DNA of 62,538 nt, the filler included, from Gonapodya sp. JEL0774 (taxonomy: Eukaryota): NCBI GenBank assembly GCA_027604505.1. It is 28 parts of 28 records of this genome, joined end to end, with 100 filler letters (N's around TTAATTAATTAA, not from the genome) between each part and the next. Parts side by side here need not be neighbours in the genome. Positions count along the whole stretch, not along the records: positions 47,056 to 49,184 come from JADIIX010002216.1; positions 49,285 to 51,412 come from JADIIX010002217.1; positions 51,513 to 53,639 come from JADIIX010002218.1; positions 53,740 to 55,866 come from JADIIX010002219.1; positions 55,967 to 58,092 come from JADIIX010002220.1; 23 more parts are not named here. One strand, written 5' to 3'. This document shows, piece by piece, positions 47,056-58,192 of the stretch. The translations under genes and the position numbers were made by a program. Within the stretch, counting starts at the first letter, position 1. Every line of letters begins with the position of its first letter. A model generated the notes under the pieces. It was given only the letters and a program-made list of their open reading frames with translations. It searched no databases and was not told the origin of the DNA.

Positions 47056-49068
47056 ATTACGTCTCAGCTGGTGGGAAGGTTTACCATACTGGAGAATGGT
47101 TAGAAAATGTGATTGTACTTCACCCGTCCGAGGGGAACCACCAACATCATTCGTGAATCAGGCCTCGAGATGGTGTCGACTTCACGGGATTGAAAGTGGC
47201 CGTGATCGGAACAGGATCTTCAGGTCTCCAGTCGAGTGAGTAAATTTGCCACGGTGATCCGTATCGACCGATTGATGAATTTTGTGCTATAATCGCATAT
47301 TAAGTCCCCGAAATCGCCAAGCAAGCTTCCTCCCTCCACGTCTTCCAGCGCACTCCTGTCTACACAACTCCCTCATACAACCGTAAAATCACCGAGGAAG
47401 AGCGCGCCGAATACCGCAAGCACTTCACTGCCCTGCGTGACGCTTCCGTACAGACCCCCGGTGGATTCGTATGCCATATGGACGGACTCGAGGCTCCCAA
47501 GATGGCGAGCGAGCTTGGAAGTAAAGAGGCGATTATGGCAAGATTTGAGGAGTGCTGGCAGAAGGGAGGGTTTGCCTTCGTGAGTGCGGTGGCGGATCGC
47601 TGTGAGATTCTTTTCGTAAAGGGCTGATGATCACTTCTTGACATGTATAAAGTACGGATCTTTCTTGGATCTCATTATTTCTCCGGAAACATCGCAGTAT
47701 GCGACCGAGTTCTTCCACAATAGTGGGTGGATCGCTGTCACGGCTTCTCGTTCTCCCTCTGCCCAAACATAATTTACTTCGCTTGGCAGAGATCAAGTCC
47801 CTCGTCAAAGATCCAAAGACTGCGGAAGCACTGTGCCCCGATTACGCACCGGGCTGTAAGCGGATGTGTGAGTATGATGTTCGTCAGATACTTTATTCTT
47901 TATTCGTGAGTCCGTGTTAATCGTTGAATTGTTGTCACGATGATGATTACACAGGTGTCGACACAAAGTAAGAATAACTTCGATCGTGCAGATGTCATGT
48001 CGGTGCTTTTCATCGAACACGCTCCTCTCTCCCTCAAGTTACTATATTACGTACAACCTGCCCCACGTAAACCTCGTTGCTGGTCTCAAAGAGCGTCCGC
48101 TCAAGGTTATAGGTGGAACAGATAAGATGATCGAGCTTGAAGATGGTTCGAAGTACGGACCATTTGATGCCATTGTCCTGGCAACCGGGTTCGGTAAGTT
48201 CGAATTCCGGCAGGCACGCTCGAAACGGATAATCATCTAACGTATCTTTCCACCTCTTGCAGATGCAATGACCGGAACGCTCAGTAAGATCAACATCACT
48301 GGTAGAAACGGGATCACCCTCAAGGACGCGTGGTCGGCTGGACCGGTCAACTATGTCGGACTGTTCATCCACGGATTTCCCAACAGTTGGTATCAAGAGT
48401 TTTCCAAACTTTCGTTATATGTTAGGTGTACTCATAATTCTCTTTCTTTTCTTCTTGGTGACGTTGAAAGTGTTCCACAGTGAGTGGTGTCCCGACGATG
48501 ATTTTTTCTAGACACTTTCCTTTAAGTGCCCTGTCAAACGATAGTTGCCGGTCCTGGTAGCCCGTCTGTGCTTACCATGATGATTAACCAAATTGAGCAG
48601 CAAGTCGACGTGGGTGATCGGTCTGAACTGTTACGCAAACTGTGCGCGACTCACACCAGTACACCTTATCCTCACAGTGGATCGGCGACGCGATCCACCG
48701 TCTCGATGAGAAAGGGTTTAAAACAATCGAAGCCACCGAGGAGGCCCAGAACGCGTGGGTCGCTGGATCAAATTTGGCAGCTTCTATGACCCTTTTGAAC
48801 AGTTGCAACAGCTGTGAGTCGCGATCGGACGTGAATCCAATGTTAAAGTGCTAATTCTTTTTAACTCCTATACTTTCAGGGTACCTGGGTGCAAATGGTG
48901 AGCGTACTTGTAATCTGAACATGTCTGACCCTGCAGTTCACGCTTGATCTGATTATAGTTCCTGGGAAGCCCCGCGTCTTCATGCCTTTTGTTCCCGGAA
49001 TGGTTGCTTACAGAGAAAAGTGCGACGAAATCCTGAAGAATGACTTTGAAGGTTGCATCACAGCATGA
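47056..49068 (+). CDS. Type I Baeyer-Villiger monooxygenase (5' truncated, many introns)
   Basis: GKVYHTGEW|P fingerprint, VAVIGTGSSG, VFQRTP, GCKR, ATGF|DA, GFPNMFHIAGPGSPS, SWYLGANVPGKPR. Confidence 0.95.
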
Positions 49069-49284
49069 GATGCACCGCACCGATCGTTAGACATGTAATA
49101 ATAATGTTAAGATCATCTTTGTTTACACATTCACTGAAATAGATGAGGGCGACAAGCAGATGTGCTTAATGTTTGTGCCGTTTCNNNNNNNNNNNNNNNN
49201 NNNNNNNNNNNNNNNNNNNNNNNNNNNNTTAATTAATTAANNNNNNNNNNNNNNNNNNNNNNNNNNNNNNNNNNNNNNNNNNNN

Positions 49285-50239
49285 TTACGGAGACGAGATT
49301 TTGAATCTATCGAAGGACGGTGTAGTGGATTGCGCAGACCCCAATTCAGAAGGAAACACAAGCGGAAGAAAACGGAAAAGGAAAACTACGACTGCAACGT
49401 CTCAATGCGCTGCCACTGAAGTGAGTGAACATCAACTTACTAGAACGCAGGGCCTCGCCAGTGCACTCAATACTTATGTTTCCAAGTTCATTGCCACGAA
49501 GAGCGATGGACCGGATTCCGCAACGGAGTTGGAGACTGAGCGGAAGAACAACAAAAAGCGATCAAAACTCGTGTCCCTGAAGAGCGCGTTGCGTGATGGA
49601 GACGTAGGTGACAAACAGTCAGTTCAGAACTGATCGTGCGACTTGCCTAACAGCTCATCACCGTTTGTGCAGAACACGGATAGAATCGGATTGCCGGATC
49701 CGCCACTAGCACTCTCAAGGGGCGTTTTGGTATTCGAATGCCCTTCATTCACCCCTGATGCCCCACTTACCGATGCTCCTGTCGAGAATAGACACCAAAA
49801 AGTCGCCCCGACTGACAGCCAGCAAGTAATCCAACCAATCCCGGAGACTGTTGTGTCAGAATCAACTAGGCACACACGAGTGGCATCTGGTGTGGATGAA
49901 CCCGGCTCTGATGGAGTTGACCAATACTCAACACCGACAAGAGCCGCATTGACGTCAAAGATCAAGCGTTCCAATGGTCCAGCACATCCACAGGACACTG
50001 CTGCAGTTACAGAGCAGCTATATCAAACACTCTTTTCAGAGAAAGCCAGGCTTGAGTCTGAAAACAAGGCGTTCCGGAGGAAAATCGAACAACTCGTGGA
50101 GGAAAATTCCGAGATCAAAGCTCTAAGGAAGGAGAAAGAACGTCTTGAAAGCGCGAATCAGAAACTTGCCACACTTTTGCATGATGCAAGACAGCGTATC
50201 ACACAACTGGAGATCGATCAGTGCCTGGGAAATCGCTGA
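49285..50239 (+). CDS. Hypothetical protein with basic NLS-like motif and C-terminal coiled coil (5' truncated)
   Basis: RKRKRK; two ORFs probably joined by a short intron near 49603-49652; heptad-rich C-terminus. Confidence 0.55.
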
Positions 50240-50748
50240 GCGGACGCACATTAAATTAGCAACGGATCTGGAGTAATCCAAGGGGGAGAACCTATTGTGT
50301 GTATAGCAGCTTTCATATCATTTTACCTCGTGCTTCAGTTTCATACATATTCTCTGAGTCGTTGGAGATCGGACAAAACAATTATGTTCACCTGCTTGAA
50401 ACAATTGAGTTTCCTGTTTATGTAACGGTTCCACGTTGAGTACTTTTATATTCCCTAACATCAGCATACGTACGTAAGGAATCTTGCGAATTAGAGCATC
50501 TTCATAGAGAGTCCTTTTCCAGGCTTTCCTCCCGACATACATGACTGTGGATCGTTGCTAGCTTTATGGTACATCAAGAGCTTTGGCTAACGCTATTCTC
50601 GCTCTTATTTTCGGCTTCTCCGGTTGGATTCGAATGAGTAGTAGTCCAAGGTACTACGTCTCGACATTTCACTTCCACACAAACCAACCCACTCACTAAC
50701 CTCCATAAATTTCGAAAGTATCCCCGAACGCGGTGCCTTGATGGCCGC

Positions 50749-51412
50749 CATGGAGCCAGTGCCAGAGCTTCTGTTCGCACCTCCACTTTCCGACGGACTC
50801 TCTGCCCATGCCCCCACTTCGCTCATGAGCTTACAGGGGGACCCTTCGAGTGGATTATACTTCTACCGTGTAAGTTCTTTGTTCTTAATGGCCTGTGTTC
50901 TACCGGCTACGAAACGAATGACAATGATTCAGAAAGCAGATTCGGTCATCCTTTCTCGGTTTCTATGGCGAGTGGGTCGCGAGCTGTTTCAGCTTGCAAA
51001 AGGCAATGCATCACTTCGGGAACACCTGAGTATCTCTCGGAGTATGCTGGACCGATCGACGCCACCAAAGGTGAGCTTTGCGTGGACGGTGCTTGCACAA
51101 CGTCATCTCGCATTCTGAACCGCAAACCTGTGAAGGCGAAGCTCTCGGAACTGCCGAATGGCTATCAACTCTGGATACACTATTTCACGCCCAAGTCCGG
51201 GATCAACCAGAAGATTGCGTTGGATACATTCAACGAGAAGAGACTCAGAGATGGTGACATCACCGCCGAAACGGACGATACAGAGGAGAATGAGATGGGA
51301 AAGGCCGTGGAAGAAGCATTGAGATTGGGTTCCAAGATTGTCTCGGTTTCATACAAAGGACGTATGTGAGTAAGCACGTCCGATTCCAATTTCCAAAAGA
51401 TGATCGTCAAAC
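50749..51412 (+). CDS. Hypothetical protein, 5' part (spliced)
   Basis: Two ORFs with GTAAGT and GTATGT donors and plausible composition; no family recognised. Confidence 0.4.
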
Positions 51413-51512
51413 NNNNNNNNNNNNNNNNNNNNNNNNNNNNNNNNNNNNNNNNNNNNTTAATTAATTAANNNNNNNNNNNNNNNNNNNNNNNNNNNNNNNN
51501 NNNNNNNNNNNN

Positions 51513-53639
51513 GCGTGGAAGTGGAGCAGGCCCAGTGTGGTGAGCAAGGGAACGTGGTCTGGGGATAGCAGGGCGAGCGAGTGGAGGTGGGAGGTGAGGC
51601 GGAGCAGCGTGAGGTCGGATGGTGGGATGGACCGAGGCACGAGAAACGGCGCACTGTACGCTGTGGAAAAAGGTGAGGGCAGATCGGCGGGGAGGAGAGG
51701 TGGGTGGTATATGCCCGGTGAGCGTCCGGCGATGGGGATGATTGGACTGTCCAGATCCTCCTTGAGACGGCGGACGGCGGCAACGTCATCGTCCACCGGT
51801 CGGGGAAGGGAATCCGTGTCGATAAGGGATTGCACACGGGACGAGGCGGAGCGGTAACGGGAGTAGGGGTCGCGTTTGGTAGGGGGAGGAACAAAAGCAG
51901 CCGCCCCACCCGTCGTTCTCGTTCCCTTGGTCCCATCGTCAGAATCGGCTTCGAGACCGCCGCCCCCACTCCTACCCGCCACCCCCGCCACCCCCCTCAT
52001 CTCCAAATCGACCCAGGCCCTCTCAACCTCCACATCCACGATACACCTCCTCACCCTTTCCCCCGCCGGAACTCCCTTCCCCCTCTCGACCTTCCTTCCA
52101 TCCCCGTCCCTATCAAACCCACCCCCACAGTACGTGTCCACACCGTTCTGCTTGTCCAGCCTCTCACCCTCTCGATCGGCCACAACGTCCACCACACCAC
52201 GCGCTTCGTCCACGCAGGTGCGCGCCTGCTCGAGCTCGCCAAGCTCCCGGTACAGACTCGCGGCGACCAGCCATAAATGCAAGAGCGCGGCGTACGGTTG
52301 GAAGTGGTAGAAGGCAGAGGGGGCGCCGGCCGGGGTGTACGAGTCTGCCACGCTGACAGGACGCGACCCGGAAAACGAGGGTGCCGTGGCGGGGACGACT
52401 GTGACGGTAACCCCGTCGGTGGAGGTGCCGTCGTCGGGCGGGGAGAGGGTTACGGTGAGCGGCTGGGCAGTACCACCGGTGAGCGGAACGGTTGTGTTGG
52501 CAGTGGCTCTGGCCGGTGGGAGGGAGGCGGACGTCGCGGCTCCAGCGTGAGCGGCGGGGGCGGCACCTGCCGATTCGTTCGACGAGCGCGTGACGGCGAC
52601 ACTCTGTGGTGCGAAGCCAGGAAACAGGCGTTTAAATAGTGCGAAGAGAGCGGGGAGTTTTCCGACAGCGGCGGCGGGGCCGTGGATCGCTCGAGTGAGG
52701 AGGAGGTGGGTGATTTTGTACCTTGTGCAAAGATGGGCATTTTTATCAAGATCTACCACTCAAAGACGAATCCGCGGACGCCGTTCCATCGTCCCCAACT
52801 CACCTCATAGCCTCAACTCTCTCTCCGACACCCACGGATCCCCATCCGAACCTCCCCGGGACACTCCCCTCCAACATCTCGAGTGCCGTCCCCGCAACCA
52901 CCACTGCCTCCCCAGTCCTCTTCACCACACTTTCACACCACCCGGCCGCAAGCACCTGTTCCGCCTCTCTGGGACCGTCGGCCTCGGAGACGATCAAAGC
53001 GAGGAGGTGCCAGGAAGCGGCACGAGTGGGAAGAGCGAGACACGCGGCACGGGCGGCGAGTTTTGCTCCTTCGAGGTTTTGAGAGCAGAATAAAGTGAGT
53101 GCGAGGTAGTGGTGGGGGAGGTAATAGGGAAGGCGGGCGGCGAGGGGTGATACAGAGTCGACGGAAGTGGTCACCATTGCTCGTGCCGCATCGAGCCGAG
53201 CCGCGGCTGACGCAAGGCACTGCTCGGCTCGGGCCCGGTAATCCACAGTGAGGGTTTCCTTCTTGTACATCTTGGTGTAGTCGAAACCCTGGACAGGATC
53301 GTCGTCACCGTCGGTCTCCACCTCCCCGACTTTCCATTGCACGATCTCTCGCCCTTTCCCGCCTCTGCACTCCTTCCAGAGGTAAAAGCAAGCCATCCCC
53401 TCGATCGCTTCTGCCATGCCAAGCACCGCCTCCGCATCGGTTTCTTCGGGGTCCTGGAAACGCTCCACCACTTGACGAACAAAGGTGGCAAGTTGGAGTC
53501 CCCGTTCCAACACCGTCAGATCCCCTCGAGCAAAAGAGGTGAGCAATTTCAACGCCGAAAATGCCAGGCCGACGAGAGCAGGGAACGTCTCCGTACCCGA
53601 GACAGGTGGCAGGTGAATTGGTGCCGCGAGAGATGAGGA
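51513..53639 (-). CDS. TPR protein, YPP1/TTC7-like, internal part
   Basis: HYLALTLF...ASWHLLALIVS, KITHLLLTRAIHGPAAAVGKLPALFALFKRLF and LLHLWLVAASLYRELGELEQA occur in the order seen in Ypp1/TTC7. Confidence 0.72.
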
Positions 53640-53771
53640 NNNNNNNNNNNNNNNNNNNNNNNNNNNNNNNNNNNNNNNNNNNNTTAATTAATTAANNNNN
53701 NNNNNNNNNNNNNNNNNNNNNNNNNNNNNNNNNNNNNNNTTTAAATTTCGCCCCGCACTGTGTCCGCCCAG

Positions 53772-53903
53772 GTCGTGTACTTGAACCCCAAGGTGAAGCT
53801 CCCCATCATCGCCAACGTGGACAAGAACGGCGTGACGGTATCGCTCACCTTCAACACCGCGAAGCTGCTCGCGATGGCCAAGGCTGCGGGCATCGCCAAG
53901 TAG
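53772..53903 (+). CDS. Terminal exon of a probable paralogue of the downstream secreted protein
   Basis: VVYLNPKVKLPIIANVDKNGVTVSLTFNT...* with strong C/G-ending codon bias like the downstream gene. Confidence 0.5.
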   Translation, partial: VVYLNPKVKLPIIANVDKNGVTVSLTFNTAKLLAMAKAAGIAK

Positions 53904-54764
53904 GAGGTGGGAGGTGGGAGGCCTGGGAGGGGTGGGATGTTCCGGCGAGACGGTTGATGTTTGACATTCACCGGCGCCTGGGCCGGGATGAGTAGGAGGG
54001 TAATGTTCGACGGCTGGCACTGGTGCTGGTCTGACTGGGGCAAGGCCTTTCAAGTGTTCGGGCATTCAGACGTAGAGCGTCTAAGTATTCATTTTTATCA
54101 CAGCTGTGTTTTATGTAGCCGCAATTTTGAAGTATACACTCATGGACTCAATATGCCAACACGAACACGATCATGAAAGTACCGTAACCACCAAGCCTGC
54201 AGTCCGAACATCGACAGTTCTTGGTATCAACATTGGCGTTACTTTTCTCATATGGTCTGTAGATGCGAAAACATTGGTTCCCAAATCGCAGGGCTCGTCG
54301 GGGACAATAACACGTGTAGAATCTAACATGTTATTAGACTCTCCCGACCATTCTCACATATTTATTCGCAGTGTTGACCGAGCGAACTGCGGCTCGGGGG
54401 GGTCGTTTTGGATCGACAGGTGAACCTGATCAAGCACGATCTGCCGGAGGTGTCGGCGCCAAGATGGCGGAACTGCGCGTGCTCTTCCCAGTTTTCACAG
54501 CTACGAATCGCGAACTTTCCCACCATTTACTTTGCTTGCTACACTGAGAATGTTTGTGGGTGAATTTAATAGAGGCGTTGTGTCGCCCCAATGAAATAAG
54601 GTTCCAATCTTCCTTGCAGGGTGTGGCGGCCAGGGCAGAGTGCGGTGATCTGTCGGCCCCAGTTCATTTGATATATTCTCAATTTCATTTCCACCGCCGA
54701 TTTCTTGCAATCTATTCCCGTTGAAACTCGACGTTTCTGTCCCCCGCCCGACTTCCCATTATCC

Positions 54765-55866
54765 ATGCCTTCTTCGATACGAATCCGCGCCGTACTGCTC
54801 CTCGCGCTGCTGGCAGCGTCTGTCTCCGCCGTCCCAGTCTCAATGCGGAAGAAGAAGCGCGCAGAGGGCGACTGTGTCGTGAAAATTCCGCCCAATGCGT
54901 TGAGTGCGAAGGGTCTTTCTACGCCTTGGGTCGTGTCGGGACAGGGGTGCACGCAGAACGCTGATGGAATGCCAACGTGAGTGCGTTGACACGATGACTC
55001 TGAAACTAATTCATAGGATTGGAGCGACCGCTAAAAGTGTCTTGAGAATGCGTCTGGTGGCGAGGAGCTCAAACCTCAGCGGGGGACCTCTCGAGACAAA
55101 TATGTCGTTGCTCTCCAGTCCTGCACAATCATCCATCGGTGATCTTGGCCGAATCTGATCTCGATCGACATAATTTTCCTTTCTCACTCAGATTCGCCGA
55201 ATGCACTATCGTCGACCCGGCCACCGGCGCTCTCTCCGTCTACTCCCCCCTCCTCATCAACAAGGGCCAAAAATTCGTCACTCCCGTCGTCCCCAACCTC
55301 CCCGCAAACGCCGTCGTCGGATGCTGGTTCGGCACCAACGGCGCCACCACCACCCTCACCGACGGAAACAACGGCAAAGATCTCGCCGCCGCCAAATGCG
55401 TCAACGGGGACCCCAACAAGAAGGCCGACATCTTTGGCCAGTTTGCGGCGTGCAACGGTGCGGCCTTCTTCGCCGCTGCCAATGCCGCTGGCGTCTCCAC
55501 TCCTGCTCTCGGGACCGGCAAGAACGGCAAGACCTGCTACACCACTCGCTCGTTCGAGATCGTCGACATGGACCAGTCCGACAACGTCATCACCACGTAC
55601 AGTCTTGGTGAGTCCGGGGGGGTCCATTTTATTTGATCGGTTCGATGCACCTCAAAGCATGGAAGCTTTCGAATCAAATCACTGATATCACAAACCTTCC
55701 ACATTATATTCCCTGCAGACAAGAACAACAAGATCGGCCAAAAGACCGCCGCCAACAACAAAGCCCTCACCATCGACATCAACAACGGTTCCGACAACTT
55801 GTTGCTCGACGCCTTCTTCAACCCAGTCATGGGGTGCACGCCATTCACCGCCCCCAACTTGGCCGA
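54765..55866 (+). CDS. Uncharacterised secreted Cys-containing protein (3' truncated)
   Basis: Signal peptide, KKKR Kex2-like site, NALSAKGLSTPW, DPATGALSVYSPL, WFGTNG, FGQFAACN, VDMDQSDNV, NGSDNLLLDAF; two in-phase introns; strong codon bias. Confidence 0.88.
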
Positions 55867-55966
55867 NNNNNNNNNNNNNNNNNNNNNNNNNNNNNNNNNN
55901 NNNNNNNNNNTTAATTAATTAANNNNNNNNNNNNNNNNNNNNNNNNNNNNNNNNNNNNNNNNNNNN

Positions 55967-56264
55967 ACAATTGTTGCATCCAAAATTCATCCTGTGCGAC
56001 CCTCAGAAGAACCCGGTTAAACGGCTAAATTCCGGCTAAACGGCTCAGATACCACTTATTGTTGCAAATTGTCCAAATCGTCCAGATTCTCAAAGTTGAG
56101 TCAGAGTTGAGCAGCCGGGCTCATAACCTGTTGGAACTCCAAACTTGTCTTTTTCTCACACAACACACACTACATGGGAAAATGGGCTGTTTATATGTAC
56201 TTTCATCTGCTGTGCCACACAGGTCACAGTGATGACTCATCCAACCACTTCCCCAAATCCAACG
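55967..56264 (-). mobile_element. 5' LTR, half-tRNA(iMet) PBS and leader of a copia element
   Basis: LTR 56129-56264 bounded by TGTTGGA...TCCAAC(G); on minus the LTR end CCAACA is directly followed by GGTTATGAGCCC (56128-56117), complementary to the anticodon arm of initiator tRNA-Met. Confidence 0.85.
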
Positions 56265-58092
56265 TATACAAATTATTGTGTCACCAATGGTATATCACCC
56301 AAGACTTCACAGGGACACTCTTTGAATGGGAGATTATACGAGATGCCTCTATTACCGCAAAGTTGAACCCTGCAGAGTATACTGGAAAGGTGATAAGTGT
56401 TGAATCTGCTGCAGACATGCACCATGCTTTAGCCCATCTCCAAATGGGCATATAAATGATCGTGATCTGGAGAGGATTGTCAGAACAGGTCAGATGAAGG
56501 ATGTCAAATTGAACAATACACAGCATTCGTTGTTTTGTTATGGATGCAAAGTTGGAAAAGCAGCGCAGTTGCCTTATTCGCAACCAGAAGGAAGAAGAGC
56601 AACTCATCCTGGACGTGTCCATCCTGATATTTGGGGTCCAGCTTGCGTAGCAGGTCCTAGAGGAGAGAGATACATGCTATTGCTGGTGGATGAAAACTCA
56701 CATGTTATTACACCTTACCTCCTGAAGTCAAAGGATGAAGGACAGGGTAAGATCAAAGAGTACAAAGCAATACAGCAACTTTGTTTCTTCGTTTTGAAGA
56801 TTCTGAGAAGTGATAATGCAGGCAAAATTTTGAATTCAAACAGCATGGAAAAATGGACAAGGGAGAATGGGATTGTTGTGAACCCAGTCCATCACATACA
56901 CCACAGCACAATGGGACAGCAGAGAAAGCAATGCACACAGTTGTTGATCCAACAAGGAGCATTCTTGCAATCGCCAATCTCCCTTTCGCTTGCTGGTCCG
57001 AAATTAGGGTTGCAATGTGTTACATCAAGAACCATCTTCCATCACAGGCTATTCTATTCCATGCTCTCACTGAGCAGAAGATTTCAGTAAGGCACTTAAA
57101 AATCCTTGGATGTGATGCCTACGCTTTGAACAAGGCTCCTGGGTGAGTTAAATTGCAGCAGAAGGCAGATCTTTATGTTCTGATTGACTATTGTATTGAC
57201 AGAGGCACTTATCCACTTATCGCTTGCTTCACCCAAACAAACGTTCTATTTTGGTGACCAGGGATGTTGTGTTCAATGATGAAGGATTTATCAGGAAGAG
57301 ATACCTACCATTCCGTGATCCTGTTGGATTTGACACTATTGCAACAGAAGACAAATCTCTTTGTTCCGAAGTTTCCTGTTCAGAAGCCTGATGAAGATCA
57401 GCACTTCGGACATGCTGGTGGTCACAATGATGATGATGACGACGATTCTGGTGATAATCATCCACCTGCATCCAGTAGGTGGGCAGAACCTGCACATATT
57501 GCACCTGATGTAGTGGATGTTGTGCCACAAGTACCTGTACGTCAACAAACACCACCACCCCGTCCTGCACCTTCAGAGCCACCAAAACTGCAGAGAGCGT
57601 CACATGTCTCACACAGATTTCCACAACCTGCAAGTCCAACTCCTGCACGTCTTACACGTGTTAGTCGTGATAGCTCAACTGATCCAGTTGCAGATATGAG
57701 TAACAACCCACTGGAGTTTATTGCCAGGGGGAGTGAACGTGGAACTGTGGAGAAAAGTCCTTTTGATTCTGATTCTGATGATTCTGCAGATCCGCTTGTG
57801 TTGAATGTCATACTTGAGAAGTTCGAACAAATTGACGAGCCAAAGTCTTACAGAGAGGCCATGAGTGGCCCTTACGCAGAATACTGGCAATTGGCATCGG
57901 AAGAGGAAGTTGGAGCACTGTGCAAATTCGGGACTTGGGAGTTGGTTGAAAAGCCAAAAGGAGTACCAGTTTTGTCAGGAAAGTGGGTTTATGCTCTCAA
58001 GCAGTTGTCCAACACCTCTGTGCGCTTTAAAGCACGCTGGGTAGCTCGTGGTTTCACACAGCAGTATGGGATTGATTACAACGAGACATTTG
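56265..58092 (+). mobile_element. Degenerate Ty1/copia pol (integrase then RT)
   Basis: CYGCKVGK, VHPDIWGP, LRSDNAG, TPQHNGTAEK, LKILGCDAY, then EPKSYREAM...GKWVY...[22 protein letters not shown]; frameshifts and stops present. Confidence 0.95.
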
Positions 58093-58192
58093 NNNNNNNN
58101 NNNNNNNNNNNNNNNNNNNNNNNNNNNNNNNNNNNNTTAATTAATTAANNNNNNNNNNNNNNNNNNNNNNNNNNNNNNNNNNNNNNNNNNNN

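Noticed and set aside
50965..51369. Clr2 N-terminal-like motif (LSELPNGYQLWIH)
   Set aside because: One short motif with no supporting downstream conservation.
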